Assembly (NCBI GenBank): GCA_007116865.1 | Contig: SKHR01000140.1 | Coordinates: 1 to 35,106, forward strand | Source of the DNA: Marinospirillum sp. | GTDB taxonomy: Bacteria; Pseudomonadota; Gammaproteobacteria; Pseudomonadales; Halomonadaceae | DNA length: 35,106 nucleotides | Direction of reading: 5' to 3' | In this document: piece after piece, positions 23,596 to 34,495 of the stretch | Numbering within the stretch: the first letter of the stretch is position 1 | Layout: every line of letters starts with the position of its first letter | Made by a program: the position numbers and the translations under genes | The notes under the pieces: generated by a model | The model's input: the letters and a program-made list of their open reading frames with translations, nothing else | Database searches by the model: none | What the model was told of the DNA's origin: nothing

Positions 23596-24135
23596 ATGGC
23601 TAGATTGAAAAAGCTTTATCAAGATGAAGTAGCCGCCAAACTGAAAGAAGAGCTTGGCTTAAAGAATGTGATGGAAGTTCCACGCATCACCAAAATCACC
23701 CTGAACATGGGTGTGGGTGAAGCACTCAGCGATAAAAAGCTGATGGAGAACGCTGTTGCAGATCTGGAAAAACTGAGTGGTCAAAAAGCCGTCATCACCA
23801 AAGCACGCAAATCAATTGCTGGCTTTAAGGTGCGTGAAGGTTGGCCGATTGGCTGTAAGGTCACTTTGCGTAAAGAGCGGATGTGGGACTTCCTTGACCG
23901 TTTGGTCGATGTGGCGATTCCACGTATCCGTGACTTCCGTGGCCTGAGCCCCAAGTCTTTCGATGGACGCGGCAACTATAGTATGGGTGTGCGTGAGCAG
24001 ATCATCTTCCCTGAAATCGACTATGACAAGGTCGACAGGGTGCGTGGCCTGGATGTGACCATCACCACGACTGCCCGTAACAATGACGAAGGTCGTGCGC
24101 TTTTAACTGCGCTCGGCTTCCCGTTCAAGAAGTAA
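23596..24135 (+). CDS. rplE: 50S ribosomal protein L5
   Basis: [24 protein letters not shown]. Confidence 0.99.
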   Translation: MARLKKLYQDEVAAKLKEELGLKNVMEVPRITKITLNMGVGEALSDKKLMENAVADLEKLSGQKAVITKARKSIAGFKVREGWPIGCKVTLRKERMWDFLDRLVDVAIPRIRDFRGLSPKSFDGRGNYSMGVREQIIFPEIDYDKVDRVRGLDVTITTTARNNDEGRALLTALGFPFKK

Positions 24136-24145
24136 GGGGAATAAC

Positions 24146-24451
24146 ATGGCGAAGGTTTCCATGGTTCAGCGTGAGCTCAAGCGTGCCAAACTGGTTGAGA
24201 AGTTCGCAGCCAAGCGTGCTGAGCTAAAGGCGATCATTGCGAACCCCGGCTCTTCGGAAGAAGAGCAGTGGGACGCACTGCAGAAGCTGCAAAAGCTGCC
24301 GCGTGATGCAAGTCCAGTCCGTCAGCGTAACCGCTGCCGCGCGACCGGTCGCCCGCACGGTTTTTACAACAAGTTCGGCCTGAGCCGCAACGCCCTGCGT
24401 AAAGCAGCAATGCGTGGCGATGTTCCTGGCCTGCGCAAGTCCAGCTGGTAA
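24146..24451 (+). CDS. rpsN: 30S ribosomal protein S14 (long, zinc-independent type)
   Basis: 101 aa, [12 protein letters not shown], single Cys. Confidence 0.98.
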   Translation: MAKVSMVQRELKRAKLVEKFAAKRAELKAIIANPGSSEEEQWDALQKLQKLPRDASPVRQRNRCRATGRPHGFYNKFGLSRNALRKAAMRGDVPGLRKSSW

Positions 24452-24477
24452 GCATTGGATCCAGGAGTGCAAAGCGA

Positions 24478-24870
24478 ATGAGCATGCAAGACACCCTGGC
24501 GGATATGGTCACCCGTATTCGCAACGCACAAATGGCAACCAAAGAAGTGGTCACCATGCCGTCTTCTAAAGTGAAGGTTGAGGTTGCCAGAGTGCTGAAA
24601 GAAGAGGGTTACATCACTGACTACCAAGTCTCTGGTGATGTAAAGCCCGAACTGACTGTGACTTTGAAGTACTTCGAAGGTAAAGCGGTCATCGAGAAGA
24701 TCGAGCGTGTTAGTAAGCCCAGTCTGCGTAGCTACAAAGGCAAAGATGCACTGCCTAAAGTGGCCGGCGGTCTAGGTGTGGCGATTGTTTCCACCTCTAA
24801 AGGTGTGATGACAGATCGTGCAGCACGCGCGGCCGGTGTCGGTGGCGAAGTCATCTGCACCGTGTTCTAA
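24478..24870 (+). CDS. rpsH: 30S ribosomal protein S8
   Basis: [22 protein letters not shown]. Confidence 0.99.
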   Translation: MSMQDTLADMVTRIRNAQMATKEVVTMPSSKVKVEVARVLKEEGYITDYQVSGDVKPELTVTLKYFEGKAVIEKIERVSKPSLRSYKGKDALPKVAGGLGVAIVSTSKGVMTDRAARAAGVGGEVICTVF

Positions 24871-24881
24871 GGGAGAGTACA

Positions 24882-25418
24882 ATGTCCCGTGTAGCAAAGA
24901 AACCGATTGAATTGCCAGCAGGCGTTGAGCTCAAGCTGGATGGCGCCAAGCTGAGTGTCAAGGGTGGTAGTGCCACGCTTGAAACTCAAGTGCACCCTCT
25001 GGTTGAGGTCAAGGTGGAAGACAAAACTGTCACCGTGACTGCTGGAAATGCGAATAACAAGGCTGCCTGGGCGCATGCCGGAACCACTCGCGCTTTGGTC
25101 AACAATATGGTGACCGGCGTATCTCAAGGCTTTACTCGTACGCTTGAGATCACAGGTGTAGGTTACCGTGCACAAGCCAAAGGCCAAACTATTAACTTGA
25201 CGCTTGGCTTCTCTCACCCTGTGGACTATACCGTTCCAGCGGGTGTAACTGCCGAAACTCCCAGCAACACTCAGATTATTCTGAAGAGTGCTGACAAGCA
25301 ATTGCTTGGCCAGGTTGCTGCTGAGATTCGTGGTTATCGCCCCCCTGAGCCCTATAAGGGTAAAGGTGTACGCTATAGTGACGAACAGGTTCGTCGTAAA
25401 GAAGCTAAGAAGAAGTAA
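24882..25418 (+). CDS. rplF: 50S ribosomal protein L6
   Basis: [17 protein letters not shown]. Confidence 0.99.
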   Translation: MSRVAKKPIELPAGVELKLDGAKLSVKGGSATLETQVHPLVEVKVEDKTVTVTAGNANNKAAWAHAGTTRALVNNMVTGVSQGFTRTLEITGVGYRAQAKGQTINLTLGFSHPVDYTVPAGVTAETPSNTQIILKSADKQLLGQVAAEIRGYRPPEPYKGKGVRYSDEQVRRKEAKKK

Positions 25419-25427
25419 GGCAGGGTT

Positions 25428-25778
25428 ATGAACGCGAAGAAAGAAGCTCGTTTACGTCGTGCCCGCCGTGCCCGCGCCAAGATCCGCGAGCTGGGTGCCG
25501 TTCGCCTGTGTGTGAACCGTACCCCCCGGCATATCTATGCACAGATTATTTCAGCCGATGGCGGCCAGGTTCTGGCCAGTGCATCAACGCTGGACACCAG
25601 TCTGCGTAGCGGGGCAACCGGCAATATCGAAGCCGCAACCAAGGTCGGCAAGCTGATCGCTGAAAGAGCAAAAGCAGCGGGCATCAATGCTGTTGCTTTT
25701 GATCGTGGCGGTTTCAAATATCATGGTCGTGTAAAAGCCCTGGCTGATGCGGCTCGTGAAGGCGGCCTGGAATTCTAA
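25428..25778 (+). CDS. rplR: 50S ribosomal protein L18
   Basis: [27 protein letters not shown]. Confidence 0.99.
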   Translation: MNAKKEARLRRARRARAKIRELGAVRLCVNRTPRHIYAQIISADGGQVLASASTLDTSLRSGATGNIEAATKVGKLIAERAKAAGINAVAFDRGGFKYHGRVKALADAAREGGLEF

Positions 25779-25789
25779 AGGGTGTGACG

Positions 25790-26290
25790 ATGGCAAATAT
25801 CGAAAAAACAGCCGGTGACCTGCAAGAGAAGCTCGTTCAGGTTAACCGTGTTGCCAAGGTGGTCAAGGGTGGTCGTATTTTCGGCTTTACCGCTTTGACA
25901 GTCGTTGGTGACGGAAATGGACGTGTTGGTTTCGGTCGTGGTAAAGCGCGCGAAGTGCCAGTTGCGATTCAAAAAGCAATGGAGCAAGCGCGCCGCAATA
26001 TGATCAACGTTCAGTTGGATGGCAACACTTTGCAGTACCCTGTGCGCGCTGCACATGGCGCTTCTAAAGTGTTCATGCAGCCAGCCTCTGAAGGTACTGG
26101 GGTCATTGCGGGTGGTGCGATGCGTGCGGTGTTGGAACTGGCCGGCGTACAAAACGTACTCGCCAAGTGCTACGGGTCAACCAATCCGGTGAATGTTGTG
26201 CGTGCTACGGTCAAGGGTCTGGCAGCAATGCAAGCACCTGAAGACGTAGCTGCCAAGCGCGGCAAAACGGTCGAAGACATTCTGGGGTGA
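25790..26290 (+). CDS. rpsE: 30S ribosomal protein S5
   Basis: ATG at 25790 preferred; [20 protein letters not shown]. Confidence 0.98.
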   Translation: MANIEKTAGDLQEKLVQVNRVAKVVKGGRIFGFTALTVVGDGNGRVGFGRGKAREVPVAIQKAMEQARRNMINVQLDGNTLQYPVRAAHGASKVFMQPASEGTGVIAGGAMRAVLELAGVQNVLAKCYGSTNPVNVVRATVKGLAAMQAPEDVAAKRGKTVEDILG

Positions 26291-26294
26291 GACC

Positions 26295-26474
26295 ATGGCA
26301 AAAGTAAAAGTTACGCTCGTGCGCAGCCCGATTGCGACTCAGCCCAAGCACAAACTCTGTGTCAAAGGCTTGGGCTTGCGTCGGATTGGTCACCAGGTCG
26401 AACTGGAAGACACACCTGCAGTCCGTGGCATGATCAATAAGGTCAGCTACCTGCTGAAGGTTGAAGGAGCATAA
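26295..26474 (+). CDS. rpmD: 50S ribosomal protein L30 (not in ORF track)
   Basis: Hand translation [59 protein letters not shown], 59 aa. Confidence 0.97.
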   Translation: MAKVKVTLVRSPIATQPKHKLCVKGLGLRRIGHQVELEDTPAVRGMINKVSYLLKVEGA

Positions 26475-26477
26475 GTC

Positions 26478-26912
26478 ATGCATTTGAACGATTTGAGCCC
26501 GGCACCGGGTTCTAAAACTGATGCCCGCCGTGTTGGTCGTGGTATTGGCTCTGGCCTGGGTAAAACCGGTGGCCGCGGTCACAAGGGGCAGAAGTCTCGC
26601 TCTGGCGGCCGAGTCAAGCCTGGATTTGAAGGCGGTCAAATGCCTTTACAGCGTCGTTTGCCAAAGTTTGGCTTTACTTCTCATAAAGCGCCCCTGACTC
26701 AGGAAGTGCGCTTGCATGAGATCGCTAAAGTTGAGGGTGACGAAGTCACGCTGGCAAGCCTGAAAGCCGCTGATGTGATCAAAGAATGCACTCAGTTTGT
26801 GAAGGTGATTCTGTCCGGTGAAATCAATCGTGCAGTCACTTTGAAAGGCATTAAAGCAACTCAAGGTGCGCGCGCTGCGATTGAAGCGGCCGGCGGTAAA
26901 GTCGAAGACTGA
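26478..26912 (+). CDS. rplO: 50S ribosomal protein L15
   Basis: [22 protein letters not shown]. Confidence 0.99.
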   Translation: MHLNDLSPAPGSKTDARRVGRGIGSGLGKTGGRGHKGQKSRSGGRVKPGFEGGQMPLQRRLPKFGFTSHKAPLTQEVRLHEIAKVEGDEVTLASLKAADVIKECTQFVKVILSGEINRAVTLKGIKATQGARAAIEAAGGKVED

Positions 26913-26926
26913 TAGTCGAGGACGAC

Positions 26927-28255
26927 ATGGCAAAAGCAGGATCCTTACCAGGAAAACAAAGCGGGCTTGGAGAAGTCTGGGCACGTTTACGATTCGTCGT
27001 TTTGGCGATCATTGTTTATCGCATTGGTGCGCATGTGCCGGTGCCTGGTATCAACCCTGATCAGCTGGCTGCCATTTTTGAGCAAAACCGGGGCACCATC
27101 CTCGACATGTTTAACATGTTTTCGGGTGGTGCACTGGAGAACATGAGTATCCTGGCGCTGGGCATCATGCCTTACATTTCCGCCTCGATCATCATGCAGC
27201 TCCTGACTGCAGTCACACCTAAGCTGGAAGCCCTGAAAAAAGAGGGTGAGGCTGGGCGTCGCAAAATCAATCAGTACACCCGTTATGGAACCGTGTTGCT
27301 GGCTTTCGTGCAGGCGATCGGTATGTCGGTTGGCCTTGCCAGCCAGTCTGGAGTGGTCTATCTGGCCAACTTCGGTTTCTATTTCGTGGCGGTCACGACC
27401 CTGGTTTGCGGTGCAGTCTTTCTCATGTGGCTGGGTGAGCAAATCACTGAGCGCGGCATCGGTAACGGCATTTCGTTGCTGATTTTTGCCGGTATTGTAG
27501 CGGGTCTGCCCGGTGCAATTGGCAGCTCATTGGAGATTGCCCGTAGCGAAGGAAGCTGGAACCTGATTCCATTGTTGGTGATCGGTGTTCTCGCTATTGC
27601 CACGGTGGCTTTTGTGGTCTTTATTGAACGCGGCCAGCGTCGTGTGACGGTCAACTATGCGAAGCGTCAGGTTGGCAATCAGATGTATGCGGCTCAGTCC
27701 AACCATTTGCCACTTAAAGTCAACATGGCCGGTGTTATTCCGCCGATTTTTGCATCGAGCATTTTGCTCTTCCCTGCATCAATCGGTCAGTGGTTTGGCA
27801 GTGCTGAAGGCATGAGCTTATTGCAGGATCTGGCGCAGTTACTTGCTCCAGGTGCTCCGCTGTATATCTTGCTTTTTGCGCTCAGTGTTGTATTCTTCTG
27901 CTTCTTTTATACAGCACTCATGTTCAACCCCAAAGAAATTGCTGAAAACCTGAAGCGTTCAGGCGCTTTCTTGCCTGGTATTCGTCCAGGTGAGCAGACG
28001 GCAAAATACATCGATGGGGTGGTGACACGCCTGACCCTGTTTGGGGCACTGTATATAACGGCTGTTTCTCTGATGCCTCAGTTTCTGCAGGTTGCATGGA
28101 ATATCCCCTTCTATGTTGGAGGTACCTCACTGCTGATCGTTGTAGTGGTGGTGATGGATTTCATGGCTCAACTGCAGTCTCATCTGATGTCGCATCAGTA
28201 TCAGAATCAGTCACTGCTTAAGAAAGCCAACCTTAAAGGTTATGGTCGTCGTTGA
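26927..28255 (+). CDS. secY: Preprotein translocase subunit SecY
   Basis: [37 protein letters not shown]. Confidence 0.99.
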   Translation: MAKAGSLPGKQSGLGEVWARLRFVVLAIIVYRIGAHVPVPGINPDQLAAIFEQNRGTILDMFNMFSGGALENMSILALGIMPYISASIIMQLLTAVTPKLEALKKEGEAGRRKINQYTRYGTVLLAFVQAIGMSVGLASQSGVVYLANFGFYFVAVTTLVCGAVFLMWLGEQITERGIGNGISLLIFAGIVAGLPGAIGSSLEIARSEGSWNLIPLLVIGVLAIATVAFVVFIERGQRRVTVNYAKRQVGNQMYAAQSNHLPLKVNMAGVIPPIFASSILLFPASIGQWFGSAEGMSLLQDLAQLLAPGAPLYILLFALSVVFFCFFYTALMFNPKEIAENLKRSGAFLPGIRPGEQTAKYIDGVVTRLTLFGALYITAVSLMPQFLQVAWNIPFYVGGTSLLIVVVVVMDFMAQLQSHLMSHQYQNQSLLKKANLKGYGRR

Positions 28256-28282
28256 TCGGCCTTCAGGGTACGGGAGTAGAAA

Positions 28283-28396
28283 ATGAAAGTTCGTGCTTCG
28301 GTAAAAAAGATTTGCCGTAATTGTAAAATTATTCGTCGTCGTGGCTCAGTACGTGTGATTTGTATCGAGCCTCGTCACAAACAGCGCCAGGGCTGA
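28283..28396 (+). CDS. rpmJ: 50S ribosomal protein L36, zinc-ribbon type (not in ORF track)
   Basis: Hand translation [37 protein letters not shown], 37 aa. Confidence 0.97.
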   Translation: MKVRASVKKICRNCKIIRRRGSVRVICIEPRHKQRQG

Positions 28397-28434
28397 TCTC
28401 TGGACTGGACCACTTGGGTTTTATGGCAGACCCC

Positions 28435-28463
28435 TTGATATTTCGTGTATCAAGGGGTATCCT
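28435..28463 (+). promoter_or_regulatory. Putative alpha operon promoter
   Basis: TTGATA-17bp-TATCCT upstream of rpsM, lying within an 11-bp inverted repeat. Confidence 0.65.
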
Positions 28464-28527
28464 TTTGCGCCCTTTGTGGACATAAAAACAGGTGCTGGCT
28501 TCGTCCAGCCGGAATCGGAGTAAAAAA

Positions 28528-28884
28528 ATGGCACGTATTGCTGGTGTCAACGTACCAGACAATAAGCATGCAGTGATTTCACTGACCTATATTTTTGGGG
28601 TTGGTAAAACACGTGCACAGCTGATTTGTGAAAAAACAGGCATCGAACCAACCCGTAAAATCGGTGATCTCTCAACTGATGAGTTAGACACCCTTCGTGC
28701 GGCGGTTGGTGGCTTCACTGTTGAAGGTGATTTGCGTCGTGAGATCACTCTGAACATCAAGCGTTTGATGGACCTGGGTTGTAATCGTGGTATTCGCCAT
28801 CGCCGCAACTTGCCTGTTCGCGGTCAGCGTACCAAAACCAATGCGCGCACTCGTAAAGGGCCGCGTAAACCTATTCGTAAATAA
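28528..28884 (+). CDS. rpsM: 30S ribosomal protein S13
   Basis: Start reassigned to MARIAGVN (SD GGAG); [17 protein letters not shown]. Confidence 0.98.
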   Translation: MARIAGVNVPDNKHAVISLTYIFGVGKTRAQLICEKTGIEPTRKIGDLSTDELDTLRAAVGGFTVEGDLRREITLNIKRLMDLGCNRGIRHRRNLPVRGQRTKTNARTRKGPRKPIRK

Positions 28885-28942
28885 GCGGTACTTGCGCCCT
28901 TGCCAGGGTGCAATGCCCGATCTATTAGGAAAGTAAACTACT

Positions 28943-29326
28943 ATGGCTAACCCGCGTACTCGTAAAAAAGTTAAAAAGACGGTCGTGGATGGGATCGCCC
29001 ATATCCATGCCTCTTTTAACAACACCATCATTACGATCACTGATCGCCAGGGCAATACCCTTTCTTGGGCAACAGCCGGCGGTTCGGGTTTTCGTGGTTC
29101 TCGTAAGAGCACCCCGTTCGCAGCACAGGTTGCCAGCGAACGTGCCGCGACTGCGGCAGCCGAGTATGGTTTGAAGAATGTCGACGTTATGGTCAAGGGC
29201 CCTGGTCCTGGCCGTGAATCTGCCGTTCGAGCCCTCAACGCCGCTGGTTTCAAGGTCACCAATATTACCGATGTGACCCCGATTCCACACAACGGTTGCC
29301 GTCCACCGAAGAAACGCCGCGTATAA
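28943..29326 (+). CDS. rpsK: 30S ribosomal protein S11
   Basis: [32 protein letters not shown]. Confidence 0.99.
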   Translation: MANPRTRKKVKKTVVDGIAHIHASFNNTIITITDRQGNTLSWATAGGSGFRGSRKSTPFAAQVASERAATAAAEYGLKNVDVMVKGPGPGRESAVRALNAAGFKVTNITDVTPIPHNGCRPPKKRRV

Positions 29327-29338
29327 GGAGACAGATTC

Positions 29339-29959
29339 ATGGCACGTTACTTAGGTCCCAAGTGTAAGCTCTCACGTCGTGAGGGTACTGACCTGCTGCT
29401 GAAGAGCGGTGTGACCCCTTTTGAGAAAAAGTGTAAGTCAGAAGCCGTTCCCGGTCAGCATGGTCAGCGTCGCGGTCGTCTTTCAGACTATGGTCTGCAG
29501 CTTCGCGAGAAACAGAAAGTCCGCCGCATGTATGGTGTACTGGAAAAGCAATTCCGTAATTACTACAAAGCCGCTGCCCAGATGAAAGGGGCAACCGGTG
29601 AGAACCTCCTGCAACTTCTTGAAACTCGTTTGGATAATGTGGTCTACCGCATGGGTTTTGGTGCCACTCGCGCCGAAGCACGCCAGCTCGTAAGTCACAA
29701 GTCACTGACCGTGAATGGCCAGGTCGTCAATGTTCCATCCTACCGCGTAAAAGCGGGTGATGTGATCTCTGTGCGTGAAAAGGCAAAGCAGCAGCTGCGT
29801 ATTAAAAATGCACTGCAGTTGGCTGGTCAGCGTTCTGAGATTTCCTGGGTCGAAGTTGATGCAGGTAAGATGGAAGGTACGTTCAAGGCTCTGCCAGAGC
29901 GTTCTGATCTGTCTGCAGAAATCAACGAAAATCTCATCGTCGAGCTTTACTCTAAGTAA
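29339..29959 (+). CDS. rpsD: 30S ribosomal protein S4
   Basis: [26 protein letters not shown]. Confidence 0.99.
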   Translation: MARYLGPKCKLSRREGTDLLLKSGVTPFEKKCKSEAVPGQHGQRRGRLSDYGLQLREKQKVRRMYGVLEKQFRNYYKAAAQMKGATGENLLQLLETRLDNVVYRMGFGATRAEARQLVSHKSLTVNGQVVNVPSYRVKAGDVISVREKAKQQLRIKNALQLAGQRSEISWVEVDAGKMEGTFKALPERSDLSAEINENLIVELYSK

Positions 29960-29996
29960 GCCTGACACAATGACTGGCAGCTAAACAGGTGACTCT

Positions 29997-30998
29997 ATGC
30001 AGCGTTCAGTGACTGAGTTTCTTCGCCCTCGAGACATCAAGGTCGAAACACTAAGCCCTACCAAGGCAAAGATTGTACTGGAGCCCTTTGAACGGGGTTT
30101 TGGGCACACCCTGGGCAATGCACTGCGCCGGATTCTTCTGTCTTCCATGCCTGGCTGTGCCATCGTGGAAGCGGAAATCAAAGGTGTTGAGCATGAATAC
30201 AGCACGCTTGAGGGTGTTCAGGAAGATGTGATCGAAATTCTTCTGAATCTCAAGCAGGTCGCGATCAAGCTTCATACCCGTGAAGTGGCTACCCTGACGC
30301 TGGATAAAACCGGCCCTGGTGTGGTGACTGCGGGTGATCTCAAAGGCGATCACGATGTTGAAATCATCAATCCTGATTTGGTGATTGCCCATGTGAATGA
30401 AGGCGCAAGCCTCGTAATGGAGCTTAAAGCCGAGCTAGGCCGGGGTTATTTGCCTGCGGATGCACGTCTGTCTGACGAAGATGAAACTCGTCCGATCGGC
30501 CGTCTTGCGCTGGATGCAACCTACAGCCCTGTATTGCGCGTCGCCTATGCGGTTGAGGCCGCTCGGGTCGAGCAGCGTACTGACCTCGACAAGCTGGTTC
30601 TTGAGTTGGAAACAGACGGTACCCTGGACCCGGAAGAGTCTATCCGCCGTGCTGCGACTATCTTGCAGGAACAATTGGCTGCCTTCGTTGATCTAGAGAC
30701 CAATAAACAGCAAGAGCCCGAAGAAGAAGAGGACCAGATTGATCCTGTTCTGCTTCGTCCGGTAGATGATCTTGAATTGACCGTGCGTTCGGCCAATTGT
30801 CTGAAAGCCGAAAACATTTACTACATTGGTGACTTGATTCAGCGGACTGAAGTTGAACTGCTGAAAACACCGAACCTGGGCAAAAAATCTTTGACTGAAA
30901 TTAAAGATGTCCTGGCTTCTCGTGGTTTGTCACTCGGCATGCGTTTGGAAAACTGGCCACCAGCGAGTTTGAAAAACGAAGACAAGGCCAGCGCCTGA
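29997..30998 (+). CDS. rpoA: RNA polymerase alpha subunit
   Basis: [34 protein letters not shown]. Confidence 0.99.
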   Translation: MQRSVTEFLRPRDIKVETLSPTKAKIVLEPFERGFGHTLGNALRRILLSSMPGCAIVEAEIKGVEHEYSTLEGVQEDVIEILLNLKQVAIKLHTREVATLTLDKTGPGVVTAGDLKGDHDVEIINPDLVIAHVNEGASLVMELKAELGRGYLPADARLSDEDETRPIGRLALDATYSPVLRVAYAVEAARVEQRTDLDKLVLELETDGTLDPEESIRRAATILQEQLAAFVDLETNKQQEPEEEEDQIDPVLLRPVDDLELTVRSANCLKAENIYYIGDLIQRTEVELLKTPNLGKKSLTEIKDVLASRGLSLGMRLENWPPASLKNEDKASA

Positions 30999-31036
30999 GC
31001 GTTTATACAAGATTAAGGTTTTAAAGGATAACGACA

Positions 31037-31420
31037 ATGCGTCATCGTAAGAGTGGTCGTAAATTAAACAGAACCAGCGCACACCGCAAGTCGATGTTCA
31101 AGAATATGAGCGTCTCACTTGTCGAGCATGAGCTGATCAAAACAACCCTGCCCAAGGCTAAAGAGCTGCGTCGAGTGATCGAGCCGCTGATCACCTTGGC
31201 AAAAGTGGACAGCGTGGCGAACCGCCGTCTGGCGTTTGCGCGTACTGGATCTAAAGAAGCGGTTGGCAAGCTTTTCACTGATCTGGGCAAGCGTTACGCG
31301 GAGCGTCCCGGTGGTTACGTGCGGATTCTGAAGTGTGGTTTTCGTGCTGGTGACAATGCGCCGATGGCGTATGTTGAGCTGGTCGATCGCCCACAGGCTG
31401 ACGCCGCAAGCGAAGACTGA
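31037..31420 (+). CDS. rplQ: 50S ribosomal protein L17
   Basis: [30 protein letters not shown]. Confidence 0.99.
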   Translation: MRHRKSGRKLNRTSAHRKSMFKNMSVSLVEHELIKTTLPKAKELRRVIEPLITLAKVDSVANRRLAFARTGSKEAVGKLFTDLGKRYAERPGGYVRILKCGFRAGDNAPMAYVELVDRPQADAASED

Positions 31421-31435
31421 TTCAGGCTTCGACAT

Positions 31436-31470
31436 AAAAGCCGGGCAGGGTGATTCCTGTCCGGCTTTTT
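31436..31470. terminator. Bidirectional intrinsic terminator between rplQ and uvrA
   Basis: AAAAGCCGGGCAGGG-TGAT-TCCTGTCCGGCTTTTT between convergent genes. Confidence 0.9.
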
Positions 31471-31473
31471 GCG

Positions 31474-34305
31474 TTACAGGCCCAGCACCTTGCGCAAGAA
31501 ACGACCGGTGTGAGATTGAGGCATGCGTGCGACTGCCTCCGGGGTGCCCTCGGCGATGACTTCACCGCCGCCCTTGCCGCCTTCCGGGCCCATATCAATG
31601 ATCCAATCGGCAGTTTTGATGACATCCAGGTTATGCTCAATCACCACCAGTGTGTTGCCGTGATCGCGCAGGCGATGGAGTACTGCCAGTAGTTGCTTGA
31701 TATCCTCAAAGTGCAGACCCGTAGTCGGCTCATCCAGAATATACAGGGTTTTCCCCGTATCCCGGCGGGCCAGCTCCTTGGCCAGTTTGACGCGCTGTGC
31801 CTCGCCGCCTGACAGGGTGGTCGCACTTTGTCCCAGCTTGATATAGGAGAGGCCAACATCCATCAAGGTTTGCAGTCGACGAGCCAGTGCGGGCACCGCA
31901 GCAAAGAACTCGCGCGCTTCTTCAATCGTCATTTCCAGCACTTCGTGAATATTCTTGCCCTTGTAACGTATCTCCAGGGTTTCACGGTTATAGCGTTTGC
32001 CTTTGCACACGTCGCAGGGTACATAGATGTCAGGCAAAAAGTGCATCTCCACCTTGATCAGACCGTCGCCCTGGCAGGCTTCACAGCGCCCCCCCTTCAC
32101 GTTAAAGCTAAAGCGTCCTGGTTTATAGCCACGTGAGCGGGACTCCTGGGTCCCCGCAAAAAGTTCGCGCACCGGTGTGAAAATGCCGGTATAGGTAGCC
32201 GGGTTGGAGCGGGGGGTCCGCCCAATCGGACTTTGATCGATGTCGATCACCTTATCCAGCAGGTTCAGCCCTTCAATTGCTTCGCAGGGTTCGGCGGTCA
32301 GGCTGGTGGCGTGATTCAGCTGGGTTGCAGCGTGCGGGTAGAGGGTGCCATTGATCAGGGTTGACTTGCCTGAGCCAGATACGCCGGTCACGCAGGTCAT
32401 CACGCCCAAAGGAAGGTTCACCGTGACCTGCTTGAGATTGTTGCCCGTGGCCTTGTGAATACGCAATTGCTGATCCGGCTGGCCCAGGTGGCGGCACTCA
32501 GGAATCGCAATGCGACGACGCCCGGACAGGTAGTCGGCGGTGATTGAGTTGGGGTTGGCGATCACACTTTCAGGTGTGCCCTGGGCGACAATCTGGCCGC
32601 CATGAACACCCGCGCCCGGGCCGATATCGATCAACCAATCGGCCTGGCGGATCGCATCCTCATCATGTTCAACCACCAGCACCGTGTTACCCAAATCGCG
32701 CAGGTGCATCAGGGTTTTCAGCAGGCGTTCGTTATCGCGCTGATGCAGGCCGATGGAGGGCTCATCGAGGATGTATAAACCCCCCACCAGCCCGGCGCCG
32801 ATCTGACTGGCCAGGCGGATCCGCTGCGCTTCACCGCCGGACAGGGTTTCGGCACTGCGTTCCAGGGAAAGATAGTCGAGGCCAACATTGACCAGAAAGT
32901 CGAGGCGCTGGACGATCTCCTGCAGGATTCGTGCGGCAATTTCGCCTCGTCGCCCTGGCAGGCTGAGCTGATGATAATAGTCGCGTGCATCACCCAGTGA
33001 GAGATGAACCATTTCCGGCAGGCTGCGATCGTCAATGAAAACATGACGCGCGGCCTGACACAGGCGGCTGCCCTGGCAGTCCGGGCAGGCGTGGGTGGTC
33101 AGCAGGCGGGCCAGCTCTTCCCGCAGGCTTTGTGAGTCGGTTTCCCGATAGCGGCGCTCCAGGTTGGGCAGCACGCCCTCAAAAGGGTGGGCTTTGACGA
33201 TTTCACGTCCACGATCACCCCGGTAACTGAAGGGGACGGGTTCTTCACCGCTGCCATGCAAAATGCACTGGCGTACCTTTTCCGGCAGCTGTGCCCAGGG
33301 CGTTTCCAGGGTAAAGCCATAGTGATTGGCGAGTTGCTTGAGCAGGCCAAAATAATAAATATTGCGGCGATCCCAGCCGGTTATCACCCCCTCCGCCAGC
33401 GACAGCTCGGGGGAGCGAATCAGCTTGGCCTCATCAAAAAACTGTTTGACGCCCAGGCCGTCACAGCTAGGGCAGGCACCGACCGGGTTGTTGAACGAAA
33501 AGAGTCGTGGTTCCAGCTCGGCGACGGCATAACCGCAGTGGGGGCAGGCATAGTTGGCAGAGAGCAAAAGCTCATCCAGCTCTCCGTCCATGGAGGCAAC
33601 CAGTGCCAGTCCGCCAGAAAGACTCAAGGCGGTTTCAAAGGATTCGGCCAGGCGTAGAGCCTGATCAGGATGGACTTTCAACCGGTCAACCACCACCTCA
33701 AGGGTGTGTTTGCGTTTTTTATCCAGTGCGGGGGCTTCATCCAGCTCATAAATCTCGCCGTTGATACGTGCACGAATAAACCCCTGCGCGCGCAAGTCGG
33801 CAATCAAGTTGAGGTGTTCGCCTTTACGGTTTTGAACCACCGGTGCCAGCAGCATCACCTTGCTGCCTTCGGGCAGCTGCAACACCTGATCAACCATCTC
33901 GCTGACCGTTTTTGCTTCTAAATCAATCTGGTGTTCGGGGCAGCGTGGAATGCCGGTGCGGGCATATAAAAGCCGCAGATAATCATAAATTTCGGTGATG
34001 GTGCCCACGGTTGAACGCGGGTTGTGCGAAGTGGATTTTTGTTCAATCGAAATGGCCGGAGATAATCCCTCGATTGAGTCCACATCCGGCTTCTCCATCA
34101 TGGATAAGAACTGGCGTGCATAGGCCGACAGCGACTCGACATAACGCCGCTGTCCTTCGGCATAGAGGGTGTCAAACGCCAGGGAAGACTTGCCTGATCC
34201 CGACAGCCCGGTGATCACCACCAGCTGATCGCGGGGAATGTCCAGATGAAGGTTTTTTAGGTTATGCGTGCGTGCGCCACGAACACTGATTTGATGGAGT
34301 GCCAC
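31474..34305 (-). CDS. uvrA: Excinuclease ABC subunit A
   Basis: GARTHNLKN, two Walker A motifs ([18 protein letters not shown]), two LSGGEAQR signatures, CxxC zinc modules; 943 aa, GTG start. Confidence 0.99.
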   Translation of the reverse strand: MALHQISVRGARTHNLKNLHLDIPRDQLVVITGLSGSGKSSLAFDTLYAEGQRRYVESLSAYARQFLSMMEKPDVDSIEGLSPAISIEQKSTSHNPRSTVGTITEIYDYLRLLYARTGIPRCPEHQIDLEAKTVSEMVDQVLQLPEGSKVMLLAPVVQNRKGEHLNLIADLRAQGFIRARINGEIYELDEAPALDKKRKHTLEVVVDRLKVHPDQALRLAESFETALSLSGGLALVASMDGELDELLLSANYACPHCGYAVAELEPRLFSFNNPVGACPSCDGLGVKQFFDEAKLIRSPELSLAEGVITGWDRRNIYYFGLLKQLANHYGFTLETPWAQLPEKVRQCILHGSGEEPVPFSYRGDRGREIVKAHPFEGVLPNLERRYRETDSQSLREELARLLTTHACPDCQGSRLCQAARHVFIDDRSLPEMVHLSLGDARDYYHQLSLPGRRGEIAARILQEIVQRLDFLVNVGLDYLSLERSAETLSGGEAQRIRLASQIGAGLVGGLYILDEPSIGLHQRDNERLLKTLMHLRDLGNTVLVVEHDEDAIRQADWLIDIGPGAGVHGGQIVAQGTPESVIANPNSITADYLSGRRRIAIPECRHLGQPDQQLRIHKATGNNLKQVTVNLPLGVMTCVTGVSGSGKSTLINGTLYPHAATQLNHATSLTAEPCEAIEGLNLLDKVIDIDQSPIGRTPRSNPATYTGIFTPVRELFAGTQESRSRGYKPGRFSFNVKGGRCEACQGDGLIKVEMHFLPDIYVPCDVCKGKRYNRETLEIRYKGKNIHEVLEMTIEEAREFFAAVPALARRLQTLMDVGLSYIKLGQSATTLSGGEAQRVKLAKELARRDTGKTLYILDEPTTGLHFEDIKQLLAVLHRLRDHGNTLVVIEHNLDVIKTADWIIDMGPEGGKGGGEVIAEGTPEAVARMPQSHTGRFLRKVLGL

Positions 34306-34495
34306 GGTTGACCTCTTTTTCGGATGCAGCCGAGCATTATAATTTTTTTAGATGGTTTTTGCCCGCCTGAATGAAGTTTTGTTCAGGTTGGCCGGTGGCA
34401 GGGTAGTTTGGTCGTGGTTTTGTTTCTGGTCACCCTGGCCATTTAACAGGTAAACTAGCGCCTTTAAATCAAGTTGACCTTTCAAGCGCCTCAAT

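Noticed and set aside
23560-23640. E. coli-type S8 operator at the rplX-rplE junction
   Set aside because: I could not find a convincing hairpin with the S8 internal loop by eye; neither presence nor absence is claimed
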